Notes: generated by a model from the sequence alone, not told the origin. A stretch of DNA of 64,000 nt from an uncultured cyanobacterium (GCA_963749915.1 CAVVOP010000019.1:64001-128000); one strand, 5' to 3'. Positions 22,201 through 32,633 are shown, counted from the first letter of the stretch. A program made the numbers and translations.

Positions 22201-24198
22201 CTATTGTTCATTGTTTAAGTATCCTCTAGGAGTAATCAATAAATCATGGTAACGTTTTGTACTGCTATTACCAATCATGACCGTAGTTAACATATCAATG
22301 GGATGGTTTAACATTTCTTCAAGAGTGGTAATAATAATATTTTCGTCATCCCTGGTAACGGAACGGGCGATGGCAACGGGGGTGTTAGGATGACGATACT
22401 GTAAAAAAATAGCCTGAGTTTTAATAATTTGTTGGGTGCGGGTTTGGGAACGGGGATTGTAAATAGCAGTGACAAAATCAGCACTAGCGGCGGCGGTAAT
22501 ACGCTTCTCGATGACATCCCAGGGGGTTAATAAGTCGCTGAGACTGATGGCGCAAAAATCGTGCATTAACGGTGAACCAATTTTTGCCGCTACAGTTTGC
22601 ATGGCAGTAATACCAGAAACGATATGTACAGGGGGATGTTTTTCGTTCCAGTTTTGGTTTGCCAAAACTTCTAAAACAAGTCCTGCCATGCCATAAATTC
22701 CACAATCTCCCGAGGAAATTACGGCTACCTTCAACCCCCATTTTGCTAACTCGATCGCCCGTTCTGCCCGTTGTCTTTCTTTGGTAATTTGAGAAGGCTC
22801 GATAATTTGCTCAGGACGTAATAGACTTTTAATAAGCTCAATATATAAACCATAACCGATGATTATATCCGCTTCTCTCAAGGCAGTTTTGGCGGCAGAA
22901 GTCAGATATTCAAGACTGCCCGGACCCGTGCCAATGAGATATAATTTACCCTCATGATAGTTATATTCTAAAGCAGATTGGGCGATCGCTACGGTAACGG
23001 CACCTTTTTCTCCATCTTGGCGTATAATTTGTTTAGGTGCAATTAAATTAGGTGATTTCCCTTGATTTTCAATTAAATTAGCAAATAAAGCGGCTTTTAA
23101 TGCCGAAGCCTCAGCAACGCTAGAAGTACCAACTTCTTGCTTAACTATCCTCGAGGGATTAGGTACGGAAACCTGGTTTAATTCTTCAGAGGAGAAAGTT
23201 TGAAGGGGTAAATGCCATTGATCAGCTAAGGCTAAAATACCGACTTCATCTCCTTTAATGTCAATGGTGGCTAAAGAGGCGATGGCTTTTCGTTCCAAAT
23301 TATACTTATCGAAAACTTCCGTAACGGCGGATTCAATGAGAGAAGGAGAAGTACCTCTTTCGCAACCCATACCCACCCATAAAACACGGGGATGCCAACT
23401 TATACTAGGAATGTTGACAGCAGGGGTTTTTTCTGCGCCAATATAAACCATTGCTTTGGCCGCAAAATTATCGATTTTCGTCTTACTCTCCCTAGTTAAT
23501 AAGGATATATTTTCTTCTATTTCCCCCTTGACTAAGGGAGGTTGGGAGGGATCTAAATAACCATCATTTGCAAAAATAAAAGGATGAGAAGGAGGTAAAG
23601 AATTTTGCCACCAATTTAACCCTGATGTTTGCTTAATTAAAGTGGGTTGGTTACGGGCAATACTGACGCTAACTTGCGTCCAATCACCTTCTCCTTTTTG
23701 CCATCCAAACATATCGCCAAAAGTATCGATAGAAGGTAAATTAAGATTATAAGAAGCACTGGTAATAATGGGCCTTGCGTCTAATTGATGGGCAATTAAC
23801 TCTGCCAATTTATCAGCATTTGCTTGATGACCACCCAGTAAACTAATGACATATTGAGTATGAGGATCGATAACTATAATAGCAGGATCGTTTTTTTTGT
23901 GGGTTAAGAAAGGAGAGATTAAACGCACTACAGCACCGATGGTTAAGCTAAAGACAATTCCTTGAGAATTATGCCAAATATTAGCTAAATGTTGGGCTAA
24001 AGAGTCACTATAATATCGGACTTTTTTTTCTGCAAATTTTACGGTAGAATTTTGCCTCTCAGTTTTTAATTTTTCAGGCAACCACAACACACTGTCAGTA
24101 ATTTTGGCTAAATATCCTAATGGAATAGCATTTTCTTCGGTAACGGCAATAAAATGTAGTGGTTGAAAATCAGCAAAAATAATTGACATATAGAACAA
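22201..24198 (-). CDS. cobJ: CbiG-CobJ(CbiH) fusion, precorrin-3B C17-methyltransferase
   Basis: N-terminal CbiG motifs (ISLLGGH, GMGCERG, SVAEASA); C-terminal GTGPG, SSGDCGIYGMA, ISLSDLLTPW and TPRGY. Confidence 0.93.
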   Translation of the reverse strand: MFYMSIIFADFQPLHFIAVTEENAIPLGYLAKITDSVLWLPEKLKTERQNSTVKFAEKKVRYYSDSLAQHLANIWHNSQGIVFSLTIGAVVRLISPFLTHKKNDPAIIVIDPHTQYVISLLGGHQANADKLAELIAHQLDARPIITSASYNLNLPSIDTFGDMFGWQKGEGDWTQVSVSIARNQPTLIKQTSGLNWWQNSLPPSHPFIFANDGYLDPSQPPLVKGEIEENISLLTRESKTKIDNFAAKAMVYIGAEKTPAVNIPSISWHPRVLWVGMGCERGTSPSLIESAVTEVFDKYNLERKAIASLATIDIKGDEVGILALADQWHLPLQTFSSEELNQVSVPNPSRIVKQEVGTSSVAEASALKAALFANLIENQGKSPNLIAPKQIIRQDGEKGAVTVAIAQSALEYNYHEGKLYLIGTGPGSLEYLTSAAKTALREADIIIGYGLYIELIKSLLRPEQIIEPSQITKERQRAERAIELAKWGLKVAVISSGDCGIYGMAGLVLEVLANQNWNEKHPPVHIVSGITAMQTVAAKIGSPLMHDFCAISLSDLLTPWDVIEKRITAAASADFVTAIYNPRSQTRTQQIIKTQAIFLQYRHPNTPVAIARSVTRDDENIIITTLEEMLNHPIDMLTTVMIGNSSTKRYHDLLITPRGYLNNEQ

Positions 24199-24315
24199 GA
24201 AAATAAATAATCAAATAAATATGGTGGGCAAATATCCCCCATTCTCTACCTTGACCAAAAATTGGTGGGATAGTTGCAAGATCTAAGTATAACCAAATCA
24301 AGTTAATATTACTTA

Positions 24316-25452
24316 ATGAGGCTATCATTGATAAAGTTTTTATTTTTCAACCCCTCAGAAATAGTCATGAATGGAGAATTATTCCACGCCAACGAAATCT
24401 ACCATCTTATTGCCTTTCTTGTTGCTATGAACCTGGTTTTGTGGAGTACCCCGGTGGTTAAAAGCATCGGTTTAAAAAGTGGTCATGTAGATAAACCAGA
24501 TCCTCGAAAAGTACATCGGAAACCGATCGTACGTATTGGAGGAGTAGCTATTTTTGCAGGAACAACGGCGGGCGTACTAGTAGTATGGTGGTTAGGGGGA
24601 TTTGGGATATTATCACCGGAAAAAGACGCAGAAATTTGGGGAGTAACTATTGGTGCTATTTTCTTCTTTTTTATTGGTTTAGCCGACGATTTATTCAATT
24701 TATCCCCTTCTTCCCGTTTACTTATGCAATCTATCGTCGCGGGTTTTGCATGGTATAAGGGAGTAAAAATCGACTTTTTTACTATTCCCTTCGGTGATTT
24801 AATTAGAATTGATATGTGGTGGTTAAGTTTGCCTATTACCATTATTTGGTTAGTAGGGATGGTAAATGCTATCAACTGGATTGATGGTTTAGACGGATTG
24901 GCGGCAGGGGTTTGTGGTATTGGTGCAGTCGTTATGTTGATTGTTAGTTTATTTATGAATCAACCGGCGGCGGCATTGTTAGCGGCGGCTTTAGCCGGAG
25001 GTGCATTAGGATTCTTAAAATATAACTTTAACCCGGCTGAGATTTTTATGGGGGATGGTGGCGCTTATTTTATGGGGTTTATGTTGGCGGGAGTGGGAGT
25101 CATCGGTTTAGCGAAAACTGCTGCTGTTACCGCCGTGATTTTACCTTATATTATTTTGGCCGTGCCGATTGTGGATATGTCTTGGGTGATTATATCCCGT
25201 GTCATGCAAGGAAAATCGCCCTTTTTAGCGGATAAACGTCATTTACACCATCGTCTTTTAGATGCGGGAATTTCTCAGCGTTTAACGGTATTATTCATTT
25301 ATTCATTAACCCTTTGGGTGGGTAGTTTTGCCTTAGTTTTTTCAGGATTTCCCAGCGGTGGAGTTTATGCTTTCGGTGCAACGATGTTATTAATCTATAC
25401 GGCTTGGCAAGTTTGGCGTAATCGGAAGGTTGAGACAAACACTAATGATTAA
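24316..25452 (+). CDS. WecA/MraY-family undecaprenyl-phosphate sugar-1-phosphate transferase
   Basis: GLADD, NAINWIDGLDGLA, FMGDGGA and DKRHLHHRL; multi-TM. True start may be 24367. Confidence 0.93.
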   Translation: MRLSLIKFLFFNPSEIVMNGELFHANEIYHLIAFLVAMNLVLWSTPVVKSIGLKSGHVDKPDPRKVHRKPIVRIGGVAIFAGTTAGVLVVWWLGGFGILSPEKDAEIWGVTIGAIFFFFIGLADDLFNLSPSSRLLMQSIVAGFAWYKGVKIDFFTIPFGDLIRIDMWWLSLPITIIWLVGMVNAINWIDGLDGLAAGVCGIGAVVMLIVSLFMNQPAAALLAAALAGGALGFLKYNFNPAEIFMGDGGAYFMGFMLAGVGVIGLAKTAAVTAVILPYIILAVPIVDMSWVIISRVMQGKSPFLADKRHLHHRLLDAGISQRLTVLFIYSLTLWVGSFALVFSGFPSGGVYAFGATMLLIYTAWQVWRNRKVETNTND

Positions 25453-25520
25453 CTTACAGCGTTTTTCAGATCACAAACTAGTGGTCTGTCAAGATAGTTT
25501 TGAGGGACTGGGAACGGGTA

Positions 25521-25563
25521 ATTTCGGATTTTGGATTTTGGATTTTGGATTTTGGATTTTGGA
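25521..25563. repeat. STRR-type 7-bp tandem repeat (ATTTTGG)n
   Basis: About 6 copies; the same unit recurs at 31887-31948. Confidence 0.85.
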
Positions 25564-25813
25564 GGATTGTTTTATCCCTCATTTCAAAATTGGCAGACCA
25601 CTAGGCAGAATCAAGCCATAGTTGTTAGAATCTTTTTTTAGAAATTCAAGATTTAGATCTTCCGAAATTCAAAGGCTCTCCTTTATTATAGAGAAGATGG
25701 TACATTATTCGACCCAATTCAATAAACATTGACTGTATGTTATTTTTGTAAAATACTCCATACACCTGCTCAAAAAAGAAAAAAAATAAATATCTAACTT
25801 AAGGAGATGTTCG

Positions 25814-26848
25814 ATGTCAGATCCAAGCCGCCTCACTGCCATAGTAACTCATGAAAATAGACCCGAACACGAAATTGGTCTCAAGCTTCTTGCCTACAGT
25901 TTAGAAATGAATAACCAGGAAGTAGATGTCCATGTCTTTGCACCTAATGCGACATCAGGCTTTCAAGATTGGATTGGCAATCGCCGTGCTCATCTACATC
26001 TGGAACTTCCTACTGAAACTAGGGGCTGGAATGTTAAACCAGATCTCTTCGTTTGGGCATTAGAGAATGGTTATTCAAGAGCAATCTGGATAGATCATGA
26101 TATCATTGTTGCCCAGCCTTTACCAAAACTTCTACTCGAACAGCCTAACGGTGTTTTGATCGCCTCTGAACTTGCTGGTCGATCAGGCGTTACCACTTGT
26201 CAAAATACAACATCTTGGGGGTTAAATCCAGATCCTAACCGTTATTCTTGGGGAATTCGCAGGCCTTCTAACTGCTGTTCTTGTGCGACCAAATCGCACC
26301 TGCCTTTGATTCATCGCTGGCAGGCAATGCTAAGAGATCCGGAGTATCAACATTGGCAAACCCGACCAGGCCATGAGCGACCTGCACATTTTTATGGTGA
26401 TGATTCGGTTTTCACTGCCCTAATTGGTTCTAAGGAATGTGAGCAAATTCCCATAAAATTATTAAAATGCGGTCGAGATATTGCCCAATGTCTAACTCCA
26501 AGAGGTTATAGTGTCAGCGAGAGATTAAGGAGCTTGGTGGATGGCCTACCTCCTCTAATTCATGCCCAAGGGGTAAAGCCTTGGTTAGCAAGGGGTTCAG
26601 AAAGGTTCTATCAGTCTGTTTCCCCTTATGCTTGCGTTGCTCGACGCTATCAAGATATTCTCGATGAGACAGAACGAGATTGGCTCGAATTGCCCGAAAA
26701 TTGGGTAAAGTTATGGCATGACATAGTTAAGGGACATCCTGCTTTAAGTGGCCTTCCATTTGCACTTCAATCCTCAGTTCAAAATATAGGAATTCGCTCG
26801 TCACTCAAAAAAATAAAAAATAAAATAACTCCCAACCAAAGCAATTAG
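25814..26848 (+). CDS. Putative GT-A fold nucleotide-sugar transferase
   Basis: VKPDL followed by WIDHDII (DxD), then GDDSV and IHAQGVKPW; directly follows wecA; visibly more GC-rich than its neighbours. Confidence 0.6.
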   Translation: MSDPSRLTAIVTHENRPEHEIGLKLLAYSLEMNNQEVDVHVFAPNATSGFQDWIGNRRAHLHLELPTETRGWNVKPDLFVWALENGYSRAIWIDHDIIVAQPLPKLLLEQPNGVLIASELAGRSGVTTCQNTTSWGLNPDPNRYSWGIRRPSNCCSCATKSHLPLIHRWQAMLRDPEYQHWQTRPGHERPAHFYGDDSVFTALIGSKECEQIPIKLLKCGRDIAQCLTPRGYSVSERLRSLVDGLPPLIHAQGVKPWLARGSERFYQSVSPYACVARRYQDILDETERDWLELPENWVKLWHDIVKGHPALSGLPFALQSSVQNIGIRSSLKKIKNKITPNQSN

Positions 26849-27006
26849 TTAACATTAAGGAGAAAGTTTGGTATCATAATCCAAACTTCTACTTTTTAAT
26901 TAAGGACAATACCTTCGCTAAAATGAAGAAGGAAAATAAAGTTTGAAGTCAAGAGGGCTTTTGTAGGAAACTAGATAGATGTCAAACATCAGTTTCCACA
27001 AAGCCC

Positions 27007-27040
27007 ATGCCAGATATTTTAACACTCTTAACCTGCTTGA
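27007..27040 (+). pseudogene. 5' stub of an IS4-like transposase (MPDILTLL)
   Basis: Start resembles cyanobacterial transposases of the type whose C-terminus lies at 42293-42696; broken immediately. Confidence 0.35.
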
Positions 27041-27380
27041 TTTTTGAATTTTTCTAACTTTTTTAACGCCTGAATTCCTGATTCTCTCGTTGAAAAAAAT
27101 TGTCCTGAGCGGGGAAAGGATCTAACTCCGAACCCCGAACCAATACTGTTCGGAAGCGTACCGAAAACGTTGAGATTGCCACTGAAAACATTAAAGCGAT
27201 CGCCTGTTACACTAGAGCAAAAGTTTTGATTTTAATTTATATTTGATTTTTGCAAGAGGTCTATTGATTTCTTTGGTCGATATACTATAATTGATAATCC
27301 CTTGGTTGAATCAGCTTAATATTTTTGAGCGGAAGATGATCGCCCCTTGCAACTAAATAGTTTAGATAAGCAAATAAAAA

Positions 27381-28163
27381 ATGACAAATGTAATAATTGC
27401 TTCCCAGCAAACTCTTCCCGATCATACCCAGTTACCCGAGTCAGACGGTACCTTTGTGAAAAATTTTCAAGAACATCCCCAGAGCGTTTTACTTACCTCA
27501 TCGATTTGGTCTAGACTACAGGAGATTCACCCAGATGGACAATTTTGTCTTGGTCAAGATAGTGGCATCTATTGGCAGATTACTGAGCCACCAGAGAAAG
27601 GCGCAGAAGCCCCAGATTGGTTTTATGTGCCAGATGTTTCACCTACAATAGATGGACAAATACGCCGTTCTTATGTAATGTGGCAAGAATTAGTTGCTCC
27701 TCTAATTGTCCTCGAATTTGTGTCCGGAAATGGGGCAGAGGAAAGAGATAAAACGCCTTACCGAGGTAAGTTCTGGGTCTATGAAAAAGCAATTCGCGTT
27801 CCGTTCTATGGAATTTATGAAGTCAAGAAAGCAAGTATTGAGCTATATCATTTGCTTGAGGGAAAGTACGAACAAGTGCCAGAAAATGAGCGAGGACATT
27901 ATCCGATTATCCCTTTAGGGTTAGAATTAGGGATTTGGCAAGGAACTTATCAAAATGTAGAATTACCTTGGTTACGCTGGTGGACAATGGAGGGAGAGCT
28001 TTTGCTGACAGGGGAAGAAAAAGCCGAGCAAGAAAAGCAACGGGCTGAACAGGAAAAACAGCGTGCTGAACAAGAAAAACAACGGGCAGATAAAGTGGAA
28101 AGAGAAAATGAGAGATTAAGGGAATTATTAAAACAAGCAGGCATACAAATTCCCCAGGAGTAA
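27381..28163 (+). CDS. Uma2 (DUF820) family endonuclease-like protein
   Basis: LPESDG, APDWFYVP, LEFVS, YEKAIRVPFY and WLRWW; C-terminal (EQEKQRA)x3 coil. Confidence 0.92.
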   Translation: MTNVIIASQQTLPDHTQLPESDGTFVKNFQEHPQSVLLTSSIWSRLQEIHPDGQFCLGQDSGIYWQITEPPEKGAEAPDWFYVPDVSPTIDGQIRRSYVMWQELVAPLIVLEFVSGNGAEERDKTPYRGKFWVYEKAIRVPFYGIYEVKKASIELYHLLEGKYEQVPENERGHYPIIPLGLELGIWQGTYQNVELPWLRWWTMEGELLLTGEEKAEQEKQRAEQEKQRAEQEKQRADKVERENERLRELLKQAGIQIPQE

Positions 28164-28182
28164 ATTATTGAACTAGGATTAA

Positions 28183-28213
28183 GTAGGGTGTGTTAGCGAC
28201 AGCGTAACACACC
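28183..28213. repeat. REP-like palindrome
   Basis: GTAGGGTGTGTTA-GCGACAGCG-TAACACACC stem-loop preceded by GTAG. Confidence 0.6.
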
Positions 28214-28400
28214 GAACCCAAGGGTAACCTGAGTTCGGAGTTCGGAGTTGATTTAGAAGGGGTTTAGCTGGGTTTACTAATCTACTTTTGGTTAGTTTGT
28301 GATCGTTTTGTCTAATTAATCAGATAAATTGGGAATGAGGATTAAATAAAATAGCAAAGTTTTGAAAAAAATCAATAGTATAGTTGTTGGGGAATAAGAG

Positions 28401-28531
28401 AAAAAGGCGATCGCTAAACCTAAAAAGTGATCGCTAAACCTAAAAAGTGATCGCTAAACCTAAAAAGTGATCGCTAAACCTAAAAGGCGATCGCTAAACC
28501 TAAAAAGTGATCGCTAAATCTAAAAGGCGAT
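28401..28531. repeat. 20-bp tandem repeat (6.5 copies) built on HIP1
   Basis: Unit is TAAAAAGTGATCGCTAAACC or TAAAAGGCGATCGCTAAACC, with no spacers. Confidence 0.92.
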
Positions 28532-29262
28532 ATTAGGATGTCGTCCGGATACAATCAAAAGAGGATTGTCAGAATTAGAATCGAATGAATTAATCAATGA
28601 AGATCGTATCAGAGAAAAAGGAGGCGGAAGAAAAAAATGTATCGAGTTAATTGAAGGTATTAACGAGGCCTTTTTAAGAGTAATAGATCGACATATTGCC
28701 GGTTCACCGATGAATGAATCAGAAAGATGGACACATTTAACTCGCCAACAAATAGCGGATTTACTCTTCGAGGAAGAACAAATAAAAGTTAGTGTCACAG
28801 TTATCGATCAGCTCTTAACAAAGCATAATTTCCGTCGTCGTCAAGCAGAGAAAACAAAAGCTACCGGAAGTAATCCTCACCGAAATCAACAGTTTGAAAA
28901 AATTAATAGTTGGATTGAATCTTATCAACAACAAAAGAATCCAGTCATCAGTATCGATACAAAAAAAAAGAAAATTTAGGGCAATTATATCGAGAGGGAA
29001 AAACTAGAAACCAAAAGCCAATTAAAGTATATGACCATGATTGGCAATCTTTAGCAGAAGGAAAAGTTATTCCTCACGGTTTGTATGATCTAAACTACAA
29101 TCTAGGATATATGAATCTAGGTACATCTCATGATACAAGTGAGTTTGCTGCTGATTCAATTCGTCATTGGTGGGTTAATTATGGTTCAATACTTTACCCA
29201 TTTGCTACTTCCATTTTACTCTTATGTGATGGAGGAGGGAGCAACAGCTCTCGTTCCTACTT
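28532..29262 (+). pseudogene. ISAzo13-family transposase, internal fragment
   Basis: RIREKGGGRK, ISIDTKKK (frame break at the A-run ~28961), HDTSEFA and CDGGGSNSSR; both ends missing. Confidence 0.85.
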
Positions 29263-29465
29263 ATCGCTCTTCTGGGACTCTAGGAAAACACTTGTCCTTG
29301 CTGAATCGTAGAACTCTTTGATAGTAAGCGATCGCCCCATTATTTTCTAACAAAAACTCAAAATCCTGATTTCTGTTAGTTTGCGATCGCTCTAAAGCTT
29401 ATCCCAAAAGAAGCCCAGAGTTTAGAAACTGTAAGGCTTAAGCCTAAAGTCCCAGAAGAGCGCTA

Positions 29466-29768
29466 ATGGTTTCAAAAATAGACTCTGTGTCTAAGTGGTT
29501 TATAGTAGAGGTTCCAGATTGTAACAATGAAGAAAATACATTATTATCTAGTACTGCTCCCCATGTACATTTTTTCAATCAGTTTAGTTTTGAGAAGGCT
29601 TTTGAAAATGTTGAATGTCGAATGAGTCGAATGACTATCCGCACTAGTAAGGATATGCTTGACGGACGAAGCGTTTTGGTTGCTTATCGCCTTCCGATAA
29701 ATATGAGTTTGAAAGATATCCAATTGTGGAAACCCTTAGTAACTATAGCAGTCCTAAATAGGTTGTAA
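29466..29768 (+). pseudogene. Methyltransferase C-terminal fragment truncated by a MITE
   Basis: IVEVPD..PHVHFF pattern of class I SAM methyltransferases; no motif I; the 3' end runs into a MITE inverted repeat. Confidence 0.4.
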
Positions 29769-29881
29769 TAAATTAAAACTTAGCAAAAATAATGTTAGGC
29801 ATTGAAACATCTGCCTCCTGCCCTCTGCCTCCTGCCTTTTAACTGTTAATTTTTGCCACAACTCAAATAGGATTGCTATAG
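29743..29881. mobile_element. MITE (139 bp)
   Basis: Imperfect 24-bp terminal IRs CTATAGCAGTCCTAAATAGGTTGT / ACAACTCAAATAGGATTGCTATAG; internal CTGCCTC STRR. Confidence 0.75.
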
Positions 29882-30064
29882 ATCAATAATAGATAGCAAA
29901 TATTTTGCACCCACAGGTCGTATTGCTAGAGGTCTAAAGCGTTGTGCAAAAAAATTGCTTTTTAAAGACAATTATAAGGTTTAATCAAACACAATTACAA
30001 AAATTAACTGGCTTTCCAAATCTTGGAGATGCCTGCTGGCGAAGCCAGATCAGATCCCTTTTGT

Positions 30065-30332
30065 ATCGCTTTTCAGGAGTGGATAGATCGTGCTAAAATG
30101 AGTACAGTAAAATGTACTTGTTTACAAATAAAATCAGTAAATTATACGGAATTCAGAAAAAATTTAGCCGGGTATCTGGATGAAGTAGAAAGCGATTGCA
30201 TACCGCTAATTATTACTCGGTCTAATGGCAGGCGTGCTGTGCTTATTAGCAGCTTTGACGATTATATGGAAAATGAAGCAACTCTTCATCTAATGTCTAG
30301 CCAAGAAAATATCCGAATCATTGATGAAGCGA
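30065..30332 (+). pseudogene. Truncated duplicate of the yefM promoter and gene
   Basis: Direct repeat of 31313-31577; ATG changed to ATA, 3-bp insertion, 3' end lost. Confidence 0.85.
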
Positions 30333-30420
30333 CCGCCATCTGAGATTTAACAATGCGATCGCCAGAAAACTCCCATTGACCTTAAGATAAAATCACTGGA
30401 CAGAGCAGAGGGGAAAATTA

Positions 30421-31281
30421 ATGGTCAAAAAAGCCGATTTAGGCAGTAAACGGCTGATTAGTCTCGCTCCCAACAACTGGGTCAGATGGCTCACCCAACA
30501 AAGTGAATTAGAGGTGCTCGAATTTCTGGACTCAGAATTCCAATGGATAGGGAGGGAAAATGATGTTCTCATCAAAGTAGCCAATCCTCAACAAGAACCA
30601 TTCCTGCTCCTGAATGAAATCCAACTACGCTACAACAAGAAGATGCCACGGAGGATGAGAGCCTATGCCGCTTTAGCCGAAGAACGTTATAATTTACCTG
30701 TGTATCCTGTTCTGATTAACATTTTGCCCCCATCTAAAACCGAAAAGATACCATTAGGCTATCAATCAGAGTTTATGGGGATCAAAGCCACTCAAGATTA
30801 TCGAGTAATTAATCTGTGGGAAGTAGAAGCCAGTATTGTATTTGAGCAAAAACTTGCCAGTTTATTACCATTTGTCCCCATTCTCAAAGGAGGAGGGGAA
30901 GAGTCCGTCGTCAAACAGGCAGTCCAAGAATTAAGAGCGAATGAGGAATTAAGCGAATTAGAACCCCTCTTATCGTTTTTTGCTTCATTTGTCTTAGAAA
31001 TACCAGTAGTACAACAAATAATGAGGTGGGATATGACCATATTAAGAGAATCGCCTTGGTATCAAGAAATACTCCAAGAAGGAGAAAAGCAAGGAGAGAA
31101 AGCAGAAGCGATTATTCTGATTAGCCGTCAACTAAAAAAACGTTTTGGGAGAGTTGAAGAGTCAGTTCAGGAGCATATTCGCCAACTGTCAGTGCCTCAG
31201 TTAGAAGAGCTAGGGGAAAGTTTATTAGATTTCTCTAGTTTGAATGATTTGCTTTCTTGGTTAGAAAACGTTAACGCCTAA
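30421..31281 (+). CDS. Rpn-family (PD-(D/E)XK) recombination-promoting nuclease with DUF4351 tail
   Basis: RENDVL, LNEIQLR, LPVYPVLINI, LRESPWYQEI and LEELGESLLDF. Confidence 0.9.
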   Translation: MVKKADLGSKRLISLAPNNWVRWLTQQSELEVLEFLDSEFQWIGRENDVLIKVANPQQEPFLLLNEIQLRYNKKMPRRMRAYAALAEERYNLPVYPVLINILPPSKTEKIPLGYQSEFMGIKATQDYRVINLWEVEASIVFEQKLASLLPFVPILKGGGEESVVKQAVQELRANEELSELEPLLSFFASFVLEIPVVQQIMRWDMTILRESPWYQEILQEGEKQGEKAEAIILISRQLKKRFGRVEESVQEHIRQLSVPQLEELGESLLDFSSLNDLLSWLENVNA

Positions 31282-31338
31282 AAGCAGATCAGTTCAAGGC
31301 TGGCATTGTGCGATCGCTTTTCAGGAGTGGATAGATCG

Positions 31339-31366
31339 TGCTAAAATGAGTACAGTAAAATGTACT
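31339..31366 (+). promoter_or_regulatory. Extended -10 element and TA operator palindrome
   Basis: TG-C-TAAAAT followed by AGTACA-N6-TGTACT just upstream of the yefM ATG; second copy at 30091-30118. Confidence 0.7.
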
Positions 31367-31375
31367 TGTTAACAA

Positions 31376-31621
31376 ATGAAATCAGTAAATTATACGGAAT
31401 TCAGAAAAAATTTAGCTGGGTATCTGGATGAAGTAGAAAGCGATCGTATACCGTTAATTATTAGTCGGTCTAATGGCAGGCGTGCTGTGGTTATTAGCTT
31501 TGACGATTATATGGAAAATGAAGCAACTCTTTATCTAATGTCCAGTCGAGAAAATATCCGAGTCATTGATGAAGCGATCGTAGAATTAGAAAGTGGTGGA
31601 GGGATTGAAGTCGAAATTTGA
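31376..31621 (+). CDS. yefM: Phd/YefM antitoxin
   Basis: NYTEFRKNLA..LDEV..PLII.R and EATLYLMSS.EN. Confidence 0.9.
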   Translation: MKSVNYTEFRKNLAGYLDEVESDRIPLIISRSNGRRAVVISFDDYMENEATLYLMSSRENIRVIDEAIVELESGGGIEVEI

Positions 31622-31872
31622 AAATCAAATTTTCTACCTCTGCTTTTAAGGATTATCAGCAGTGGAAAAAAGATAACCAAAGGATATTTAAAAGAATTAA
31701 TCGGTTATTAGAAGATATCAAAAAATCTCCTTTTAATGGTATCGGCAACCCTGAACCCCTGAAATATAACTGGCAAGGATACTGGTCTAGACGAATTACT
31801 CAAGAACATCGCTTAGTCTATTCGGTTAAAGAAGATACTATTTTTGTGGTTCAATGCAAGTTTCATTATTAA
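31618..31872 (+). CDS. yoeB: Txe/YoeB toxin
   Basis: GIGNPEPLKY..GYWSRRITQEHRLVY..KFHY; 4-nt overlap with yefM. Confidence 0.93.
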   Translation: MKIKFSTSAFKDYQQWKKDNQRIFKRINRLLEDIKKSPFNGIGNPEPLKYNWQGYWSRRITQEHRLVYSVKEDTIFVVQCKFHY

Positions 31873-32463
31873 CAAAACCTGAGTGTGATTTTGGATTTTG
31901 CGCTGCTCCTCGCTTTGCTACGTGCGCGGCGGTTTTGGATTTTGGATTGGCAATTTACTAACGAGAGAATCAAGGTTTTAGCATTCCGTCGAACTAACTT
32001 TAACGAGCGTTTGATACTTTTCAAACAGACTCTGAGATTAATAATCCGTTAAAATATAAGTTTTACGATCACAGCCATGCTGTGGCGCTGCAAAATCGCA
32101 TCCTGGTTTTTTCTGAGCCAAAATGGGGGTGGTAACTTTTGTTACTTGCATTTTCACAACAATTCTATGTATGGTAAAATCCGAAAATTATTAGTGCCAA
32201 TCACCTTTCCTTTTTCAATATACAAACAATTACATTTTCTCCTGACGACAAACAATTACTATCCTTCCCCTGAAATGCATCTGGATGCGGCAAAGGTTCT
32301 TTTACCAATTTGCCATCAGTATTTGTCCTTTTAATCTTATACTCCGAACGGGTAAAAACTGGACTTTTGGCGATCGCCTTAAATACTTGCCGTATAGGCG
32401 ATAAGCTCTATTTGGAAAAGTTAAGCTCTCAACCGTTTACAGTATAATCAAGTCAAAAACAAT

Positions 32464-32630
32464 ATGGGAAAGTGCGATTACATCTTGTCACTATTGATTA
32501 CTACTTATATCGTTGTCTTTCGGTTCTGGCAGAAAATATTTTTACAAGCCCCTATAAATTCATCTGTTCTCTTGTTGCCGGCAGCATCAGTCCGAGGCAA
32601 TCTCGGAGATGATGCTTTAGTAGTTGCAAC
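32464..32630 (+). pseudogene. Polysaccharide pyruvyl transferase N-terminal fragment
   Basis: GNLGDDAL motif, followed by an abrupt switch to unrelated sequence. Confidence 0.5.
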
Positions 32631-32633
32631 AAA

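Noticed and set aside
2539..24875. Many short antisense or nested ORFs over housekeeping genes
   Set aside because: Shadow frames of well-supported genes.
28401..28531. Possible CRISPR array
   Set aside because: Units are contiguous with no unique spacers, and no cas genes are present.
30023..30343. 106-aa N-extended antitoxin
   Set aside because: The frame runs through the duplicated promoter; the true start is mutated and the C-terminus is lost.
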